Source: an uncultured Candidatus Saccharibacteria bacterium (GTDB lineage Bacteria > Patescibacteriota > Minisyncoccia > Minisyncoccales > JANBVM01). Taken from it: DNA of 59,501 bases. This document shows, piece after piece, positions 28,089 to 38,491 of the stretch. The stretch is taken from positions 12,081 to 71,581 of the forward strand of contig CAZBMQ010000006.1 in assembly GCA_964493485.1 (NCBI GenBank), read 5' to 3'. The notes beneath the pieces are model-generated. The model was given only the letters and a program-made list of their open reading frames with translations, did no database searches and had not been told where the DNA came from. The position numbers and the translations under genes are program-made. Numbering within the stretch: the first letter of the stretch is position 1; each line of letters begins with the position of its first letter.

Positions 28089-29258
28089 ATGGAATATATT
28101 ATTTGTCATTATCATGAGATAGGATTGAAGGGGAAAAATAGAAAGTTTTTTGAAGAAAAGTTAGTAGAGAACATTAAAAAAGCCTTGCCTAAAGGTTCTT
28201 TTGAGTTTGTTAAGAGGATTTCTGGGAGAATCATTGTAAAGCTGACGCAAAGAGGAATAAAACAGAAAAACGAAATTAAAGAATCCTTAAAAAATGTTTT
28301 TGGAATTGTGTATTTTGCCTTAGCAACATGTTGTGATCAGAGACTTGAAGTAATTAAACAAACCACTGTTGAGATTTTAAAGAAAAAAAGATTCAAGACT
28401 TTTAGAATTTCCACCCAAAGATCTAAAAAAGATTTTCCTTTGACTTCTCAAGAGGTTAATGAGAAGGTTGGAGAATTTGTGATAAAAAAACTTAAAAAGA
28501 AGGTAAACCTTAAAAAACCTGGAATAACATGTTTTATTGAAATAGTAGAAAAATACGCTTTTTTATATACAAAAAAAATAAAATCTTATGGAGGATTACC
28601 GGTTGGGGTAAGCGGAAAAGCCATAAGTCTTATTTCAGGAGGCATTGATTCCCCTGTTGCTGCTTTTAGGGCAATGAAACGTGGAATGAAGATTGTGTTT
28701 GTTCATTTTCATGCTTTTCCTTATACTGACAAGGCCTCGATTGAGAAAGTAAAAAGAATTGTAAGAATCTTGAATAGATTTCAATTTGAATCGAAATTAT
28801 ATCTAATTCCCTTTGCCGATCTTCAAAAAGAAGTGCTTTTAAAAGCTCCAGACAAGCTGAGGGTTATTCTTTACAGAAGATTTATGGTAAGGATTGCTTC
28901 TCAGATTGCACGAAAAGAAAAAGCCTTAGCTCTTATAACTGGTGACAGTGTTGGTCAGGTGGCTTCACAGACTTTAGAAAACATAAAGGTTATTACAGAA
29001 GCAGTAAAATTTCCTGTTTTAAGACCCTTGGTATGCCAAGATAAAGAAGAAATAATTAAACAAGCAAGAGATATAGGAACTTTTGAGATTTCAATATTAC
29101 CCCATCAAGACTGCTGTTCAAGATTTCTCCCGCGTCAGCCAGAAACAAAAGCTGATTTAAAAGAAGTTAGAAAAGCAGAGAAGAAATTAGATATTCAAAA
29201 AATAGTAAAGAATGCTATTAAGAATTCTTCTGTTGTCCTGATATCAGGCAACTTGTAA
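28089..29258 (+). CDS. thiI: tRNA 4-thiouridine synthase ThiI (no rhodanese domain)
   Basis: HYHEIGLKGKNR, THUMP domain, LISGGIDSPVA, GQVASQTLEN, DCC. Confidence 0.95.
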   Translation: MEYIICHYHEIGLKGKNRKFFEEKLVENIKKALPKGSFEFVKRISGRIIVKLTQRGIKQKNEIKESLKNVFGIVYFALATCCDQRLEVIKQTTVEILKKKRFKTFRISTQRSKKDFPLTSQEVNEKVGEFVIKKLKKKVNLKKPGITCFIEIVEKYAFLYTKKIKSYGGLPVGVSGKAISLISGGIDSPVAAFRAMKRGMKIVFVHFHAFPYTDKASIEKVKRIVRILNRFQFESKLYLIPFADLQKEVLLKAPDKLRVILYRRFMVRIASQIARKEKALALITGDSVGQVASQTLENIKVITEAVKFPVLRPLVCQDKEEIIKQARDIGTFEISILPHQDCCSRFLPRQPETKADLKEVRKAEKKLDIQKIVKNAIKNSSVVLISGNL

Positions 29259-29299
29259 AAATTATTCATTCATAATATATTGGAGATATTGTAGAAAAA

Positions 29300-30457
29300 A
29301 TGAGAAAGAATGTATTTCCACTGTTAATTATACTCTTATCGCTGACTCTATCTGCCAGCGTAGTTTTTGCTAAAGACAATTCTTTTGAGATTAATCTTTT
29401 TTATAGTGCTACCTGTCCACATTGTAAAAAGGAAAGAGTTTTTTTGGATACGCTTAAAGAAAAATATCCAGAGATTAAGATAAATGAATATGAGATAATT
29501 TATAATAAAGAGAACCAAAAACTGCTTTCGGAGTTTTATAAAAGATATCAAGTTCCAGAAAGAGAATGGGGGCTTGTTCCAGTGACCTTTACCCCTGATA
29601 AATATTTTGTGGGATTTAATGAACAAATAGGAAGAAATATAGAGATGTGTTTGGAAGAATGTATTAATTCTAATGGAAAAAGTTTAGATTCCTATAAAAT
29701 AAAAATTCCTGTTATAGGGGAGCTTGATCTTTCAAAGATGTCCTTACTTGCTATGACTGCAACATTGGGAGCTTTAGATGGTTTTAATCCATGTGCAATG
29801 TGGGTTTTGTTGTTTTTGTTAACTCTTTTGATTAATGTTCGTTCGAGAAAAAGAATGTATTTAATAGCAGGCACTTTTATCCTTGCTTCTGGAATAGTAT
29901 ATTATTTAATCTTGAATGCATGGCTAAAACTATTTTTGGCTGTCTCTTATGTTAATATTACAAGGATGTTAATTGGAATCTTTGCTATAGGACTGGGGAT
30001 TTGGCAGATTAAAAACTTTTTTAATTTCAAACCAGGAGTATGTAGTGTTACCGACGGAAATACTGGATTTCAGAGGAAGCTTAAGAATGGATTAAAGAAT
30101 CGTGCAGAAAAATTAGTATTATCTCCTCTTAATATAGGAATTATAGGAGGAGTGATAATGTTGGCTTTGGGAGTGAATTTAGTTGAATTCTTTTGTTCTG
30201 CAGGATTGCCTGCAATCTTTACTAGAGTTTTAGCTTTAAACAATGTTTCTGCTTTTAATTACCATCTTTATCTTGTTCTATATACATTCATTTTTATGCT
30301 TGATGATTTAATAATTTTTTCTATTGCAGTATTTACATTAAGCAAGATTGGATTTACAGAAAAATATAATTACTGGGCTACTTTGGTCGGAGGTGTATTG
30401 ATTTTTCTTTTAGGAGTATTGCTGATATTTAAACCGGAAGCCTTAATGTTTGTATAA
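29300..30457 (+). CDS. Exported thioredoxin fold (CPHC) fused to a DsbD/CcdA-like membrane domain
   Basis: Signal-like N-term, CPHC, then DGFNPCAMWVL and EFFCSAGLP in a multi-TM region. Confidence 0.75.
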   Translation: MRKNVFPLLIILLSLTLSASVVFAKDNSFEINLFYSATCPHCKKERVFLDTLKEKYPEIKINEYEIIYNKENQKLLSEFYKRYQVPEREWGLVPVTFTPDKYFVGFNEQIGRNIEMCLEECINSNGKSLDSYKIKIPVIGELDLSKMSLLAMTATLGALDGFNPCAMWVLLFLLTLLINVRSRKRMYLIAGTFILASGIVYYLILNAWLKLFLAVSYVNITRMLIGIFAIGLGIWQIKNFFNFKPGVCSVTDGNTGFQRKLKNGLKNRAEKLVLSPLNIGIIGGVIMLALGVNLVEFFCSAGLPAIFTRVLALNNVSAFNYHLYLVLYTFIFMLDDLIIFSIAVFTLSKIGFTEKYNYWATLVGGVLIFLLGVLLIFKPEALMFV

Positions 30458-30495
30458 ATTTGTATAATAAGCTTTAATATCAATAAAATATAAAA

Positions 30496-30711
30496 ATGAA
30501 AAAAATAACAAAAGAGACAACAATGGCAGAAATATTCTTAGTTTGTCCTGAAGCCGAAAGAGTTTTAGCAAAGTACAATGTTCCTTGTTTAGGTTGCCCT
30601 TTTGCTAAGGTAGAAATGGAGAGGCTGAAAATTGGAGAGGTCTGTGATATGTACGGAATAGACATAGAGAATTTATTAAAAGAATTAAATGAATTATATC
30701 CAGAAAAATAA
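30496..30711 (+). CDS. DUF1858 / redox-disulfide small protein
   Basis: ITKETTMAEI..P....L.KY..PCLGCPFA..E.L...C..YGID pattern. Confidence 0.8.
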   Translation: MKKITKETTMAEIFLVCPEAERVLAKYNVPCLGCPFAKVEMERLKIGEVCDMYGIDIENLLKELNELYPEK

Positions 30712-30773
30712 TTTTGTAAATCTCATTTTCTATTAGATTTACAAAAGATTTTATCTGTGATATTTTTAAATAT

Positions 30774-31763
30774 ATGAAAAAAAAGGTTAAAAATTTAATA
30801 ATAGTAGGAATGGCTTTAATCCTGGTTTCAGGAGTATTTTTATACTTCTATTTCCAAAGGAAAGGAAAATCTTTGACAGTAAAGGGAAACATAGTGAGTT
30901 CTCAAGAGGCTGCCCAGCGAGCCATAGAATATATTAATAACAATTTATTGGTTCCAGGTGTAACAGCCTCTTTGTTAGAGGTTTCAGAGGAAGATGAAGT
31001 TTATAAGATTCATATAAAAATAGGAGGGAATGAATACGATTCTTATATTAGTAAAGATGGGAAATATCTGTTCCCAGAAGGATATGACTTAACCCTAAAA
31101 AAAGAAACAGAGAAAGAAAATGCGGAGGAAAAGGACGTTGAAAAGGTTGAAAAGCCTGATGTAAAACTTTTTGTGATGTCTTATTGTCCTTTTGGGTTGC
31201 AGGCAGAAAAAATGTTTTTGCCAGTATATAATCTGTTAAAAGATAAAGCAGAAATGGGTGTATATTTTGTAAACTATATAATGCACGATAAAAAGGAACT
31301 AGATGAGAATTTGAGACAATATTGTATTCAAAAAGAAGAAAAAGAAAAATATTATGATTATTTGTCTTGCTTTATTGAAGATGGAAATTTTGATAAATGT
31401 CTTGACGATGCTAATATAAATAGAGGAAAGCTCAGAACCTGTATAGAAGATACAGACAAGCAATATAATATATATGCTCAGTATGAAGATAAAAATACCT
31501 GGTTGAATGGAAGATTTCCTAAATTTGATGTTCATACAGACCTTAATCAAAAGTATGGAGTGAGAGGTTCTCCTACTGTGGTGGTAAATGATAAGGTAGT
31601 TCAAGTAAATCCTCGTTCTCCAGAGAAATTTAAAGAAATAGTATGTGCTTCCTTTTCCTCAGCTCCTCAAGAATGCTCTGAAACCCTTTCTGATAAAGCT
31701 TTTTCTCCTGGGTTTGGTTTTAAAGAAGGAGAGGGATCAAGCGGAGGAGGTTGCGGTCAATAA
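30774..31763 (+). CDS. Membrane-anchored thioredoxin/DsbA-like fold protein
   Basis: N-terminal TM, FVMSYCPFG (single Cys), VRGSPTVVVN cis-Pro motif, several paired Cys, C-terminal GGGCG. Confidence 0.6.
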   Translation: MKKKVKNLIIVGMALILVSGVFLYFYFQRKGKSLTVKGNIVSSQEAAQRAIEYINNNLLVPGVTASLLEVSEEDEVYKIHIKIGGNEYDSYISKDGKYLFPEGYDLTLKKETEKENAEEKDVEKVEKPDVKLFVMSYCPFGLQAEKMFLPVYNLLKDKAEMGVYFVNYIMHDKKELDENLRQYCIQKEEKEKYYDYLSCFIEDGNFDKCLDDANINRGKLRTCIEDTDKQYNIYAQYEDKNTWLNGRFPKFDVHTDLNQKYGVRGSPTVVVNDKVVQVNPRSPEKFKEIVCASFSSAPQECSETLSDKAFSPGFGFKEGEGSSGGGCGQ

Positions 31764-31799
31764 AATAAAGATAAAACTTAAACAAAAATAAAAAGAAGT

Positions 31800-32033
31800 A
31801 TGGTTAAAGTTTTTACTACAAAAGTATGCCCTTTTTGTATAAGTTTGAAAGAGTTTTTGAAACAACATAATATTGAATTTGAAGAATTTGATGTGGCAGA
31901 AGATGCTGAAGCAAGAAAAGAAATGATTGAAAAATCAGGTCAGATGGGTGTGCCTGTTATTGAGATTGATGGTAAAATAGTAATAGGATTTGATAAAGCC
32001 AAGATTTCTGAATTATTAGGGATTAAAGAATAA
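31800..32033 (+). CDS. Glutaredoxin-like (NrdH/YruB-type) redoxin
   Basis: CPFC, SGQMGVPVIEIDG. Confidence 0.88.
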   Translation: MVKVFTTKVCPFCISLKEFLKQHNIEFEEFDVAEDAEARKEMIEKSGQMGVPVIEIDGKIVIGFDKAKISELLGIKE

Positions 32034-32053
32034 ACTTTTTAAAACTTATATAT

Positions 32054-32129
32054 AACACATAACATGAGGCATATCACAAAACAAATAATTTAGTTTGTTT
32101 TAGGTGTTTTATGTTTCATGTTTAGTGTT
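32054..32129. repeat. Imperfect palindromic hairpin element
   Basis: AACAC..AACATGA..AAAACAAA / TTTGTTTT..TCATGTT..GTGTT arms ending 2 nt before the gap ATG. Confidence 0.6.
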
Positions 32130-32131
32130 CT

Positions 32132-33160
32132 ATGGCAAAAACAAAAGTTGCTATCAATGGTTTTGGGAGGATTGGAAGAGCCACATTCCGCAACCTCCTA
32201 GAAAAATCACAATCTTTAGAGATAGTAGCAATCAATGATTTAACAGACCCGAAAACTTTGAGTCATTTATTAAGATATGATTCTATCTATGGGATTTATA
32301 AGAAACCTGTTAAATTTACAGAAGATGGACTTTTGGTAGATGGAGCTTTTCATGGTAGGAGAATTAAGATTTTAGCCGAAAGAGATCCAGAAAAGCTCCC
32401 ATGGAAAGAATTAAATATTGATATAGTCTTGGAATGTACAGGTATTTTTAGAAAATATGAAGATTCCAAAAAACACCTGAAAGCAGGAGCAAAAAAAGTG
32501 ATAATCTCAGCTCCTTCTAAAGATCCTGATAAAATTCCTTCATTTGTTCTGGGAGTTAATGAAGATAAATTAGATTTGAAGAAATACGATATAGTAGATA
32601 TGGCTTCTTGTACCACTAATTGTTTGGCTCCTATATCCAAAGTATTGAATGAGCATTTTAAGATTAGGAAAGGCTTTATGACTACTATTCATTCTTATAC
32701 CAACGACCAAAGAATTTTAGACTTACCTCATAAAGATTTAAGAAGGGCAAGAGCTGCTGCTTTGAATATTATTCCAACTACTACTGGAGCTGCAAAGGCA
32801 ATAGGCAATGTGATACCTGAACTGAAAGGCAAATTAGATGGTATAGCTTTAAGGATACCTACTCCTACTGTTTCTGTAGTAGATTTGGTTTGCGAAGTTG
32901 AAAAAGACACAACTGCAGAAGAAGTAAATTTTGTGTTCAAGAAGGCTTCTCAGGAAAAAAGACTCAAAGGAATTTTAGGCGTAGAAGACGCTCCTTTGGT
33001 GTCTTCCGATTATATTGGTAATTCTTTTTCAGCTGTGGTGGATGCTCTTTCCACCAAGGCAATAGGCAATTTGGTGAAAATAATAGCTTGGTATGATAAT
33101 GAATTCGGATATGCTTCAAGATTGGCTGATTTTACTGAGTTTGTTGGAAAGAAGTTATGA
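32132..33160 (+). CDS. gap: Type I glyceraldehyde-3-phosphate dehydrogenase
   Basis: INGFGRIGR, ASCTTNCLAP, NIIPTTTGAAKA, WYDNEFGY. Confidence 0.97.
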   Translation: MAKTKVAINGFGRIGRATFRNLLEKSQSLEIVAINDLTDPKTLSHLLRYDSIYGIYKKPVKFTEDGLLVDGAFHGRRIKILAERDPEKLPWKELNIDIVLECTGIFRKYEDSKKHLKAGAKKVIISAPSKDPDKIPSFVLGVNEDKLDLKKYDIVDMASCTTNCLAPISKVLNEHFKIRKGFMTTIHSYTNDQRILDLPHKDLRRARAAALNIIPTTTGAAKAIGNVIPELKGKLDGIALRIPTPTVSVVDLVCEVEKDTTAEEVNFVFKKASQEKRLKGILGVEDAPLVSSDYIGNSFSAVVDALSTKAIGNLVKIIAWYDNEFGYASRLADFTEFVGKKL

Positions 33161-33191
33161 TTTATTATAAGAGTTAAAGTTTGAGTATTTT

Positions 33192-33215
33192 AAACGGGCA
33201 TGTTGTCCCGTTTTT
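33192..33215 (+). terminator. Intrinsic terminator after gap
   Basis: AAACGGG...CCCGTTT followed by TT. Confidence 0.7.
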
Positions 33216-33272
33216 AATATTAGGGTATACTTAAAATATATAAAAATAATAAATAATAAAACTTAAAAAACC

Positions 33273-35201
33273 ATGATAAAAAAAGGCAATTTATATTATC
33301 CCGACAAAACCCTTAAAAAAACAGCTTGGATAAAAGATAAAAAGATTTATAAGGAAGCCCAAAGGGATCCTATTAAATTTTGGGATAAATTAGCAAAAGA
33401 AATAAATTGGATAAAACCATATAAAAAGGTTTTTTTGCACAATCCTCCTTATTTTAAATGGTTCTTGGGAGGAAAATTAAATATTACTCAAAATGCGTTA
33501 GACAGGAATCTTGAGAAAAGAAAGAATAAAGTAGCTTTAATTTGGGAACCAGAGCCTATAAGAGAGGAGCCTAGAATCTTCACTTATTATCAGTTATATA
33601 GAGCTGTAAATAAATTTGCCAACGCCTTGAAGAAGTTAGGAGTAAAAAAAGGAGACAGGGTTGGTATTTATCTACCAATGATTCCCGAAGTGGTTATTTC
33701 AATGTTGGCCTGTGCACGGATTGGAGCTGTGCACAGTGTTGTTTTTTCTGCCTTTTCTTCTACAGCTTTAAGAATAAGATTGCAGGATACACAAGCTAAA
33801 ATTTTAATTACAGCAGATGGGTATTATAGAAGAGGGAAGGTTATTAATCTAAAAGAAAAGGCAACAGAGGGAATAAGAGATACAAATGTAGAAAAGGTAA
33901 TAGTAGTGAAAAGGGCAGGAAATAAAATAAAATGGGACAAAAAGAAAGATTTTTGGTTCGGTGATTTAATCATGAACGAAAAAGATGAATGTAAACCAGC
34001 AATAATGAACAGTGAAGATTTACTATTTATTCTTTATACAAGTGGGAGCACAGGCAAACCAAAGGGGTGCGAACATGTATGTGGAGGTTATACTGTCCAG
34101 GCTTATTGGACTGGTAAGTGGATCTTCGATTTAAAAGATAATGATATTTTCTGGTCTACTGCTGATGTTGGATGGATTACAGGCCATACCTATAGCGTTT
34201 ATTCTCCTTTATTGAATGGAGCTACTTTTCTCATTTTCGAAGGTGCTCCTAATTGGCCAACATCTGACAGATGGGCTCAAATTATAGAAAAATATGGGGT
34301 GACTATTTTCTATACTGCTCCTACTGCAATAAGAATGTTTCAAAAAGAAGTAGAAGATATTTCAAAGCAATATAGTTTCAAGACTTTAAGAATTTTAGGC
34401 TCTGTTGGCGAGCCAATAGATGAGAAATCTTGGCTTTGGTATTATAGGGAAGTGGGAGGTAAAAGATGTCCTATAGTTGATACATGGTGGCAGACAGAAA
34501 CAGGAGGCATTTTAATTACTTCTTTACCAGGAATAGGTCCTTTCAGACCAGCTTATACAGGAATTCCTTTTCCTGGGATAAGATTTAATATTCTTGATAA
34601 TAAAGGCAAGCCATTACCCGTAGGGAAAGAAGGAAATTTAGTGATGCTTTCTCCTTTTGCTCCTAGTTTATTGAGAGGAGTATATAAAAATCCTAAAAAA
34701 TACAAAAAGACTTATTGGAGCGAATATGGAGATAAAATATACTTTACCTCAGATGCCGCTTTTAAAGACAAGAATGGATTAATTAGGATTGCAGGAAGAG
34801 TTGATGATGTTATTAAGGTGGCAGGACACAGGGTTACTACAGGAGAGTTGGAGAATATTCTCTCAAAACATTCAAATGTTGCTGAATGTGCAGTAGTTGG
34901 AGTACCTCATGAAATAAAGGGAGAAGTGCCAGTAGTGTTTGTTGTGTTGAAAAGAAAAGTAAGCCCTGAAAAGATATCGAAAGAATTACATCAAAAAATT
35001 AGAGATGAGATAGGACCAATTGCAAAACCCAAAGCAATTTACCTAGTTGAAGATTTACCCAAAACCAGGTCTGGAAAGATAATGAGAAGGATCTTGAAAA
35101 GGTTATTTACAGGAGAAAAGCTCGGAGATCTTTCTACTTTATCCAATCCTCAAGCTGTAAAAGAAGTTAAAAATACAATCAAAAAATATGAGACAAGATA
35201 A
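33273..35201 (+). CDS. acs: AMP-forming acetyl-CoA synthetase
   Basis: LYTSGSTGKPKG, TADVGWITGH, DTWWQTETG, GRVDD, PKTRSGKIMRR. Confidence 0.95.
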   Translation: MIKKGNLYYPDKTLKKTAWIKDKKIYKEAQRDPIKFWDKLAKEINWIKPYKKVFLHNPPYFKWFLGGKLNITQNALDRNLEKRKNKVALIWEPEPIREEPRIFTYYQLYRAVNKFANALKKLGVKKGDRVGIYLPMIPEVVISMLACARIGAVHSVVFSAFSSTALRIRLQDTQAKILITADGYYRRGKVINLKEKATEGIRDTNVEKVIVVKRAGNKIKWDKKKDFWFGDLIMNEKDECKPAIMNSEDLLFILYTSGSTGKPKGCEHVCGGYTVQAYWTGKWIFDLKDNDIFWSTADVGWITGHTYSVYSPLLNGATFLIFEGAPNWPTSDRWAQIIEKYGVTIFYTAPTAIRMFQKEVEDISKQYSFKTLRILGSVGEPIDEKSWLWYYREVGGKRCPIVDTWWQTETGGILITSLPGIGPFRPAYTGIPFPGIRFNILDNKGKPLPVGKEGNLVMLSPFAPSLLRGVYKNPKKYKKTYWSEYGDKIYFTSDAAFKDKNGLIRIAGRVDDVIKVAGHRVTTGELENILSKHSNVAECAVVGVPHEIKGEVPVVFVVLKRKVSPEKISKELHQKIRDEIGPIAKPKAIYLVEDLPKTRSGKIMRRILKRLFTGEKLGDLSTLSNPQAVKEVKNTIKKYETR

Positions 35202-37566
35202 AAATAAAAAATTTATTCTTTGGTTTAAAGAAATTTCAAAAAAAGATACACCTTTAGTGGGCGGTAAGAATGCTTCTTTGGGAGAAATGTTTTCCCAATT
35301 AAGCCCAAAAGGAATAAATATTCCAGATGGTTTTGCTTTAACCTCTAAGGCTTTTTGGTACTTTCTTAAAGCAAATAAACTTGATAAAAAATTAAAGAAA
35401 ATCTTTAAAGAATTTAATCCAAAGAGTCTTAATAGTTTAAAAGCTACAGGAAGAAAAGCTCGTCAGTTGATTTTAAAGAGTAAATTCCCAAAAGATTTAC
35501 GCCAGGAGATATTAGAGAGCTATAAAAAGCTATCCCAGAAATATGGAGATAAGGAAACAGATGTTGCAGTAAGATCTTCAGCTACAGCAGAAGATTTAAA
35601 AACAGCTTCTTTTGCAGGACAGATGGAGACGTTTTTGAATATAAAAGGAGGAGAGGAAGTATTAAAGGCTGCCAAGAAATGTATAGCTTCTTTGTTTACT
35701 GATAGAGCGATTTCATACAGAGAGGAGAAAGGATTTAATCATCTAAAGATTGCTTTGTCTGTTGGTATTCAAAAAATGGTAAGATCAGACTTAGCTTCTT
35801 CCGGGATTATGTTTACTATGGACACTGAGACGGGTTTTCAAAATGTAGTGCTGATTACTTCTATTTTTGGGATAGGAGAAATGATTGTTCAGGGCAAGAT
35901 AACTCCAGATGAATTTTATGTCTTCAAGCCCACGCTTAAAAAAGGATATAAATCAATAATTATTAGAAATTTAGGCAGAAAGACCAAAAAATATGTTTAC
36001 GACAAGAAAGGGGGTTTGAAAGAAGTAAAAGTCCCAGAAAGAGAACAAAGGAAATTTTCTTTAACAGACAGGGAAGTTTTAACATTAGCTCGCTGGGCTT
36101 GCCAAATTGAAGATCATTATAAGTTTCCTCAAGATATTGAGTGGGCAAAGGATGGGAAGACAAATAAATTATTTATTGTTCAATCAAGACCTGAGACTGT
36201 GCATGCTGCAAAAACAGGGAGTACTTACCAAGAATATGAAATTAAGACCAAGAAAACCCCAGTTTTAAAAGGGATTCCTGTAGGCAACAAGATAGGTCAG
36301 GGTAGAGTAAAAGTGATTCCAAATGTTTCAGAGATAAGAAAATTTCAAAAAGGAGAGGTTTTGGTGACAAGAATGACTGATCCAGATTGGGTTCCTATAA
36401 TGAGAATGGCTTCTGCTATTGTCACTGATGAAGGAGGAAAGACTTGCCATGCTGCCATAGTGAGTCGTGAGTTAGGTATTCCTTGTTTGGTGGGTACAAA
36501 AAAAGCAACCCATATTTTAAAGACAGGACAGGAAGTGACAGTAGATTGTACCAAAGGAAGAGTATTCTTAGGAAAGGTACCATTTAAGATTAAAAAATAT
36601 AATTTGAAGAAAATTCCTAAATTGCCGGTAAGAATTGTGTTAAATGTTGGGGCTCCAGAGATTGCTTTTAAAGCCTCTTTTCTTCCCGCAGATGGGGTGG
36701 GTTTAGCAAGAGAAGAGTTTATTATTGCAGAGAAGATAAGAATTCATCCTTTGGCTCTTTATCATTACAACAAGATAAAAGATAAAAAGGTTAAAAAAGA
36801 GATAGAGAGGTTAACGGTTGGGTACAAAGACAAAAAACAATATTTTATTGATAAGCTTGCAGAGGGAATTTCTCAGATAGCTGCTGCGTTTTATCCTCGT
36901 GAGATTATCGTGAGGCTTTCAGATTTTAAAACAAATGAATATGCAGCATTAATTGGAGGAGAACAATTTGAGCCGAAAGAAGCAAATCCGATGTTAGGGT
37001 GGAGAGGAGCTTCAAGATATTATGATAAAGACTTCAGACCTGCTTTTGAGATGGAGTGTCAGGCTCTTAAAAAAGCCAGAGAGGTGTTTGGATTAAAGAA
37101 TATATGGGTAATGGTACCGTTCTGTCGTACAGTTGAAGAAGGTAAGAAAGTTTTAGATTTAATGGCAAAGAATGGTCTTAAAAGAGGAAAAGACGGTTTA
37201 AAGGTTATTGTAATGTGTGAAATTCCCTCAAATGTAATATTGGCTAAGAAGTTTTTAGATATTTTTGACGGAATGAGTATTGGTTCAAATGATCTCACAC
37301 AGCTTACTTTAGGAATGGATAGAGATAGTGCAAAGATAGCTTATATTGGTGATGAGAGAAATGAGGCTGTAAAGACCTTGATTGCAAAAGTGATAAAAGA
37401 ATGTAGGAAAAGAAAAAAGTATGTGGGAATCTGTGGAGAAGCACCAAGCTATTTCCCAGAATTTGCTGAGTTTTTATTAAAAGAAGGAATAGGAGCTATT
37501 TCTTTGAATCCAGATACAGTAATCAAAACTACCTTATCTCTTGCTAAAAAAAAGGTCAAAAAATAA
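35188..37566 (+). CDS. ppsA: Phosphoenolpyruvate synthase
   Basis: VGGKNASLGEM, AVRSSATAED, QSRPET, GGKTCHAAIVSRE (phospho-His), EANPMLGWRG, SIGSNDLTQ. Confidence 0.96.
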   Translation: MRQDKNKKFILWFKEISKKDTPLVGGKNASLGEMFSQLSPKGINIPDGFALTSKAFWYFLKANKLDKKLKKIFKEFNPKSLNSLKATGRKARQLILKSKFPKDLRQEILESYKKLSQKYGDKETDVAVRSSATAEDLKTASFAGQMETFLNIKGGEEVLKAAKKCIASLFTDRAISYREEKGFNHLKIALSVGIQKMVRSDLASSGIMFTMDTETGFQNVVLITSIFGIGEMIVQGKITPDEFYVFKPTLKKGYKSIIIRNLGRKTKKYVYDKKGGLKEVKVPEREQRKFSLTDREVLTLARWACQIEDHYKFPQDIEWAKDGKTNKLFIVQSRPETVHAAKTGSTYQEYEIKTKKTPVLKGIPVGNKIGQGRVKVIPNVSEIRKFQKGEVLVTRMTDPDWVPIMRMASAIVTDEGGKTCHAAIVSRELGIPCLVGTKKATHILKTGQEVTVDCTKGRVFLGKVPFKIKKYNLKKIPKLPVRIVLNVGAPEIAFKASFLPADGVGLAREEFIIAEKIRIHPLALYHYNKIKDKKVKKEIERLTVGYKDKKQYFIDKLAEGISQIAAAFYPREIIVRLSDFKTNEYAALIGGEQFEPKEANPMLGWRGASRYYDKDFRPAFEMECQALKKAREVFGLKNIWVMVPFCRTVEEGKKVLDLMAKNGLKRGKDGLKVIVMCEIPSNVILAKKFLDIFDGMSIGSNDLTQLTLGMDRDSAKIAYIGDERNEAVKTLIAKVIKECRKRKKYVGICGEAPSYFPEFAEFLLKEGIGAISLNPDTVIKTTLSLAKKKVKK

Positions 37567-37586
37567 ATTTATAAATCATTATTATT

Positions 37587-38474
37587 ATGTTATTAAGAGA
37601 ACATTTATTAAAAAATGTTAATAAGAATTTAGCATCTTTGATTTTTGAGATAAGTAAGATGTATGAGTTGATAAAGAGAGAACTTCCTTATAGAAGAGGT
37701 TCTACTAACAGGAGAAATGTATATGGAGAGATTCAGCTGGTTGTTGATGATTGGGCTAATGATTTTATAATAGGTGAGCTTGAAAAAACAGGTCTGGTAA
37801 AGACTGTAGTTTCTGAAGAAGAAGCAGATGTTGTTAAAATAAACAAGAAGGGTATTTTTAATATCAGTCTTGATCCTTTAGATGGTTCTTCGAATATAGA
37901 AAGCAATAATTTAGTCGGAACCATAATAGGAATTTATAAGAAAGACTTTCCTACACCGGGAAGAAATATAATAGCTGCAATGTATATGTTATATGGACCT
38001 GTGGGTACCTTGGTGTATGCCACAAAGAAAGGAGTGCATGAATTTTTATTGACTGATGATGGGTTTGTTCTAACAAGAAGTAATATAAGGTTGCCAAGGA
38101 AAGGAAAATTATATAGTATTGGAGGATTGAGAAAAGACTGGATTCCAGAGTTTAAAAAATTTGTTGAAGAGATAGAAGAAAAAGGATATAAATTAAGATA
38201 TGGAGGTTCTTTTGTTGGGGATTCAAATCAGATTTTGCATTATGGTGGAATCTTTGGGTATCCTTCTTTGATAGGCAAACCAGAAGGCAAATTGAGGCTT
38301 GTTTCCGAATCAAATCCCATCTCCTTTATTATTGAACAAGCTGGAGGTCGTTCTTCAAATGGTAAAAAATCTATATTAGATTTAGAATATACTTCTTTGC
38401 AACAAAGAACTCCTACTTATGTGGGAAATAAAAAATTAATTAAAGAATTAGAAAAGGCTTTAAAAAATAAATAA
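37587..38474 (+). CDS. fbp: Fructose-1,6-bisphosphatase class I
   Basis: VSEEE, DPLDGSSN, LRYGGSFVGD, YGGIFGYP, GKLRL..E.NP. Confidence 0.92.
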   Translation: MLLREHLLKNVNKNLASLIFEISKMYELIKRELPYRRGSTNRRNVYGEIQLVVDDWANDFIIGELEKTGLVKTVVSEEEADVVKINKKGIFNISLDPLDGSSNIESNNLVGTIIGIYKKDFPTPGRNIIAAMYMLYGPVGTLVYATKKGVHEFLLTDDGFVLTRSNIRLPRKGKLYSIGGLRKDWIPEFKKFVEEIEEKGYKLRYGGSFVGDSNQILHYGGIFGYPSLIGKPEGKLRLVSESNPISFIIEQAGGRSSNGKKSILDLEYTSLQQRTPTYVGNKKLIKELEKALKNK

Positions 38475-38491
38475 TTTATTTTTAAAAAACT

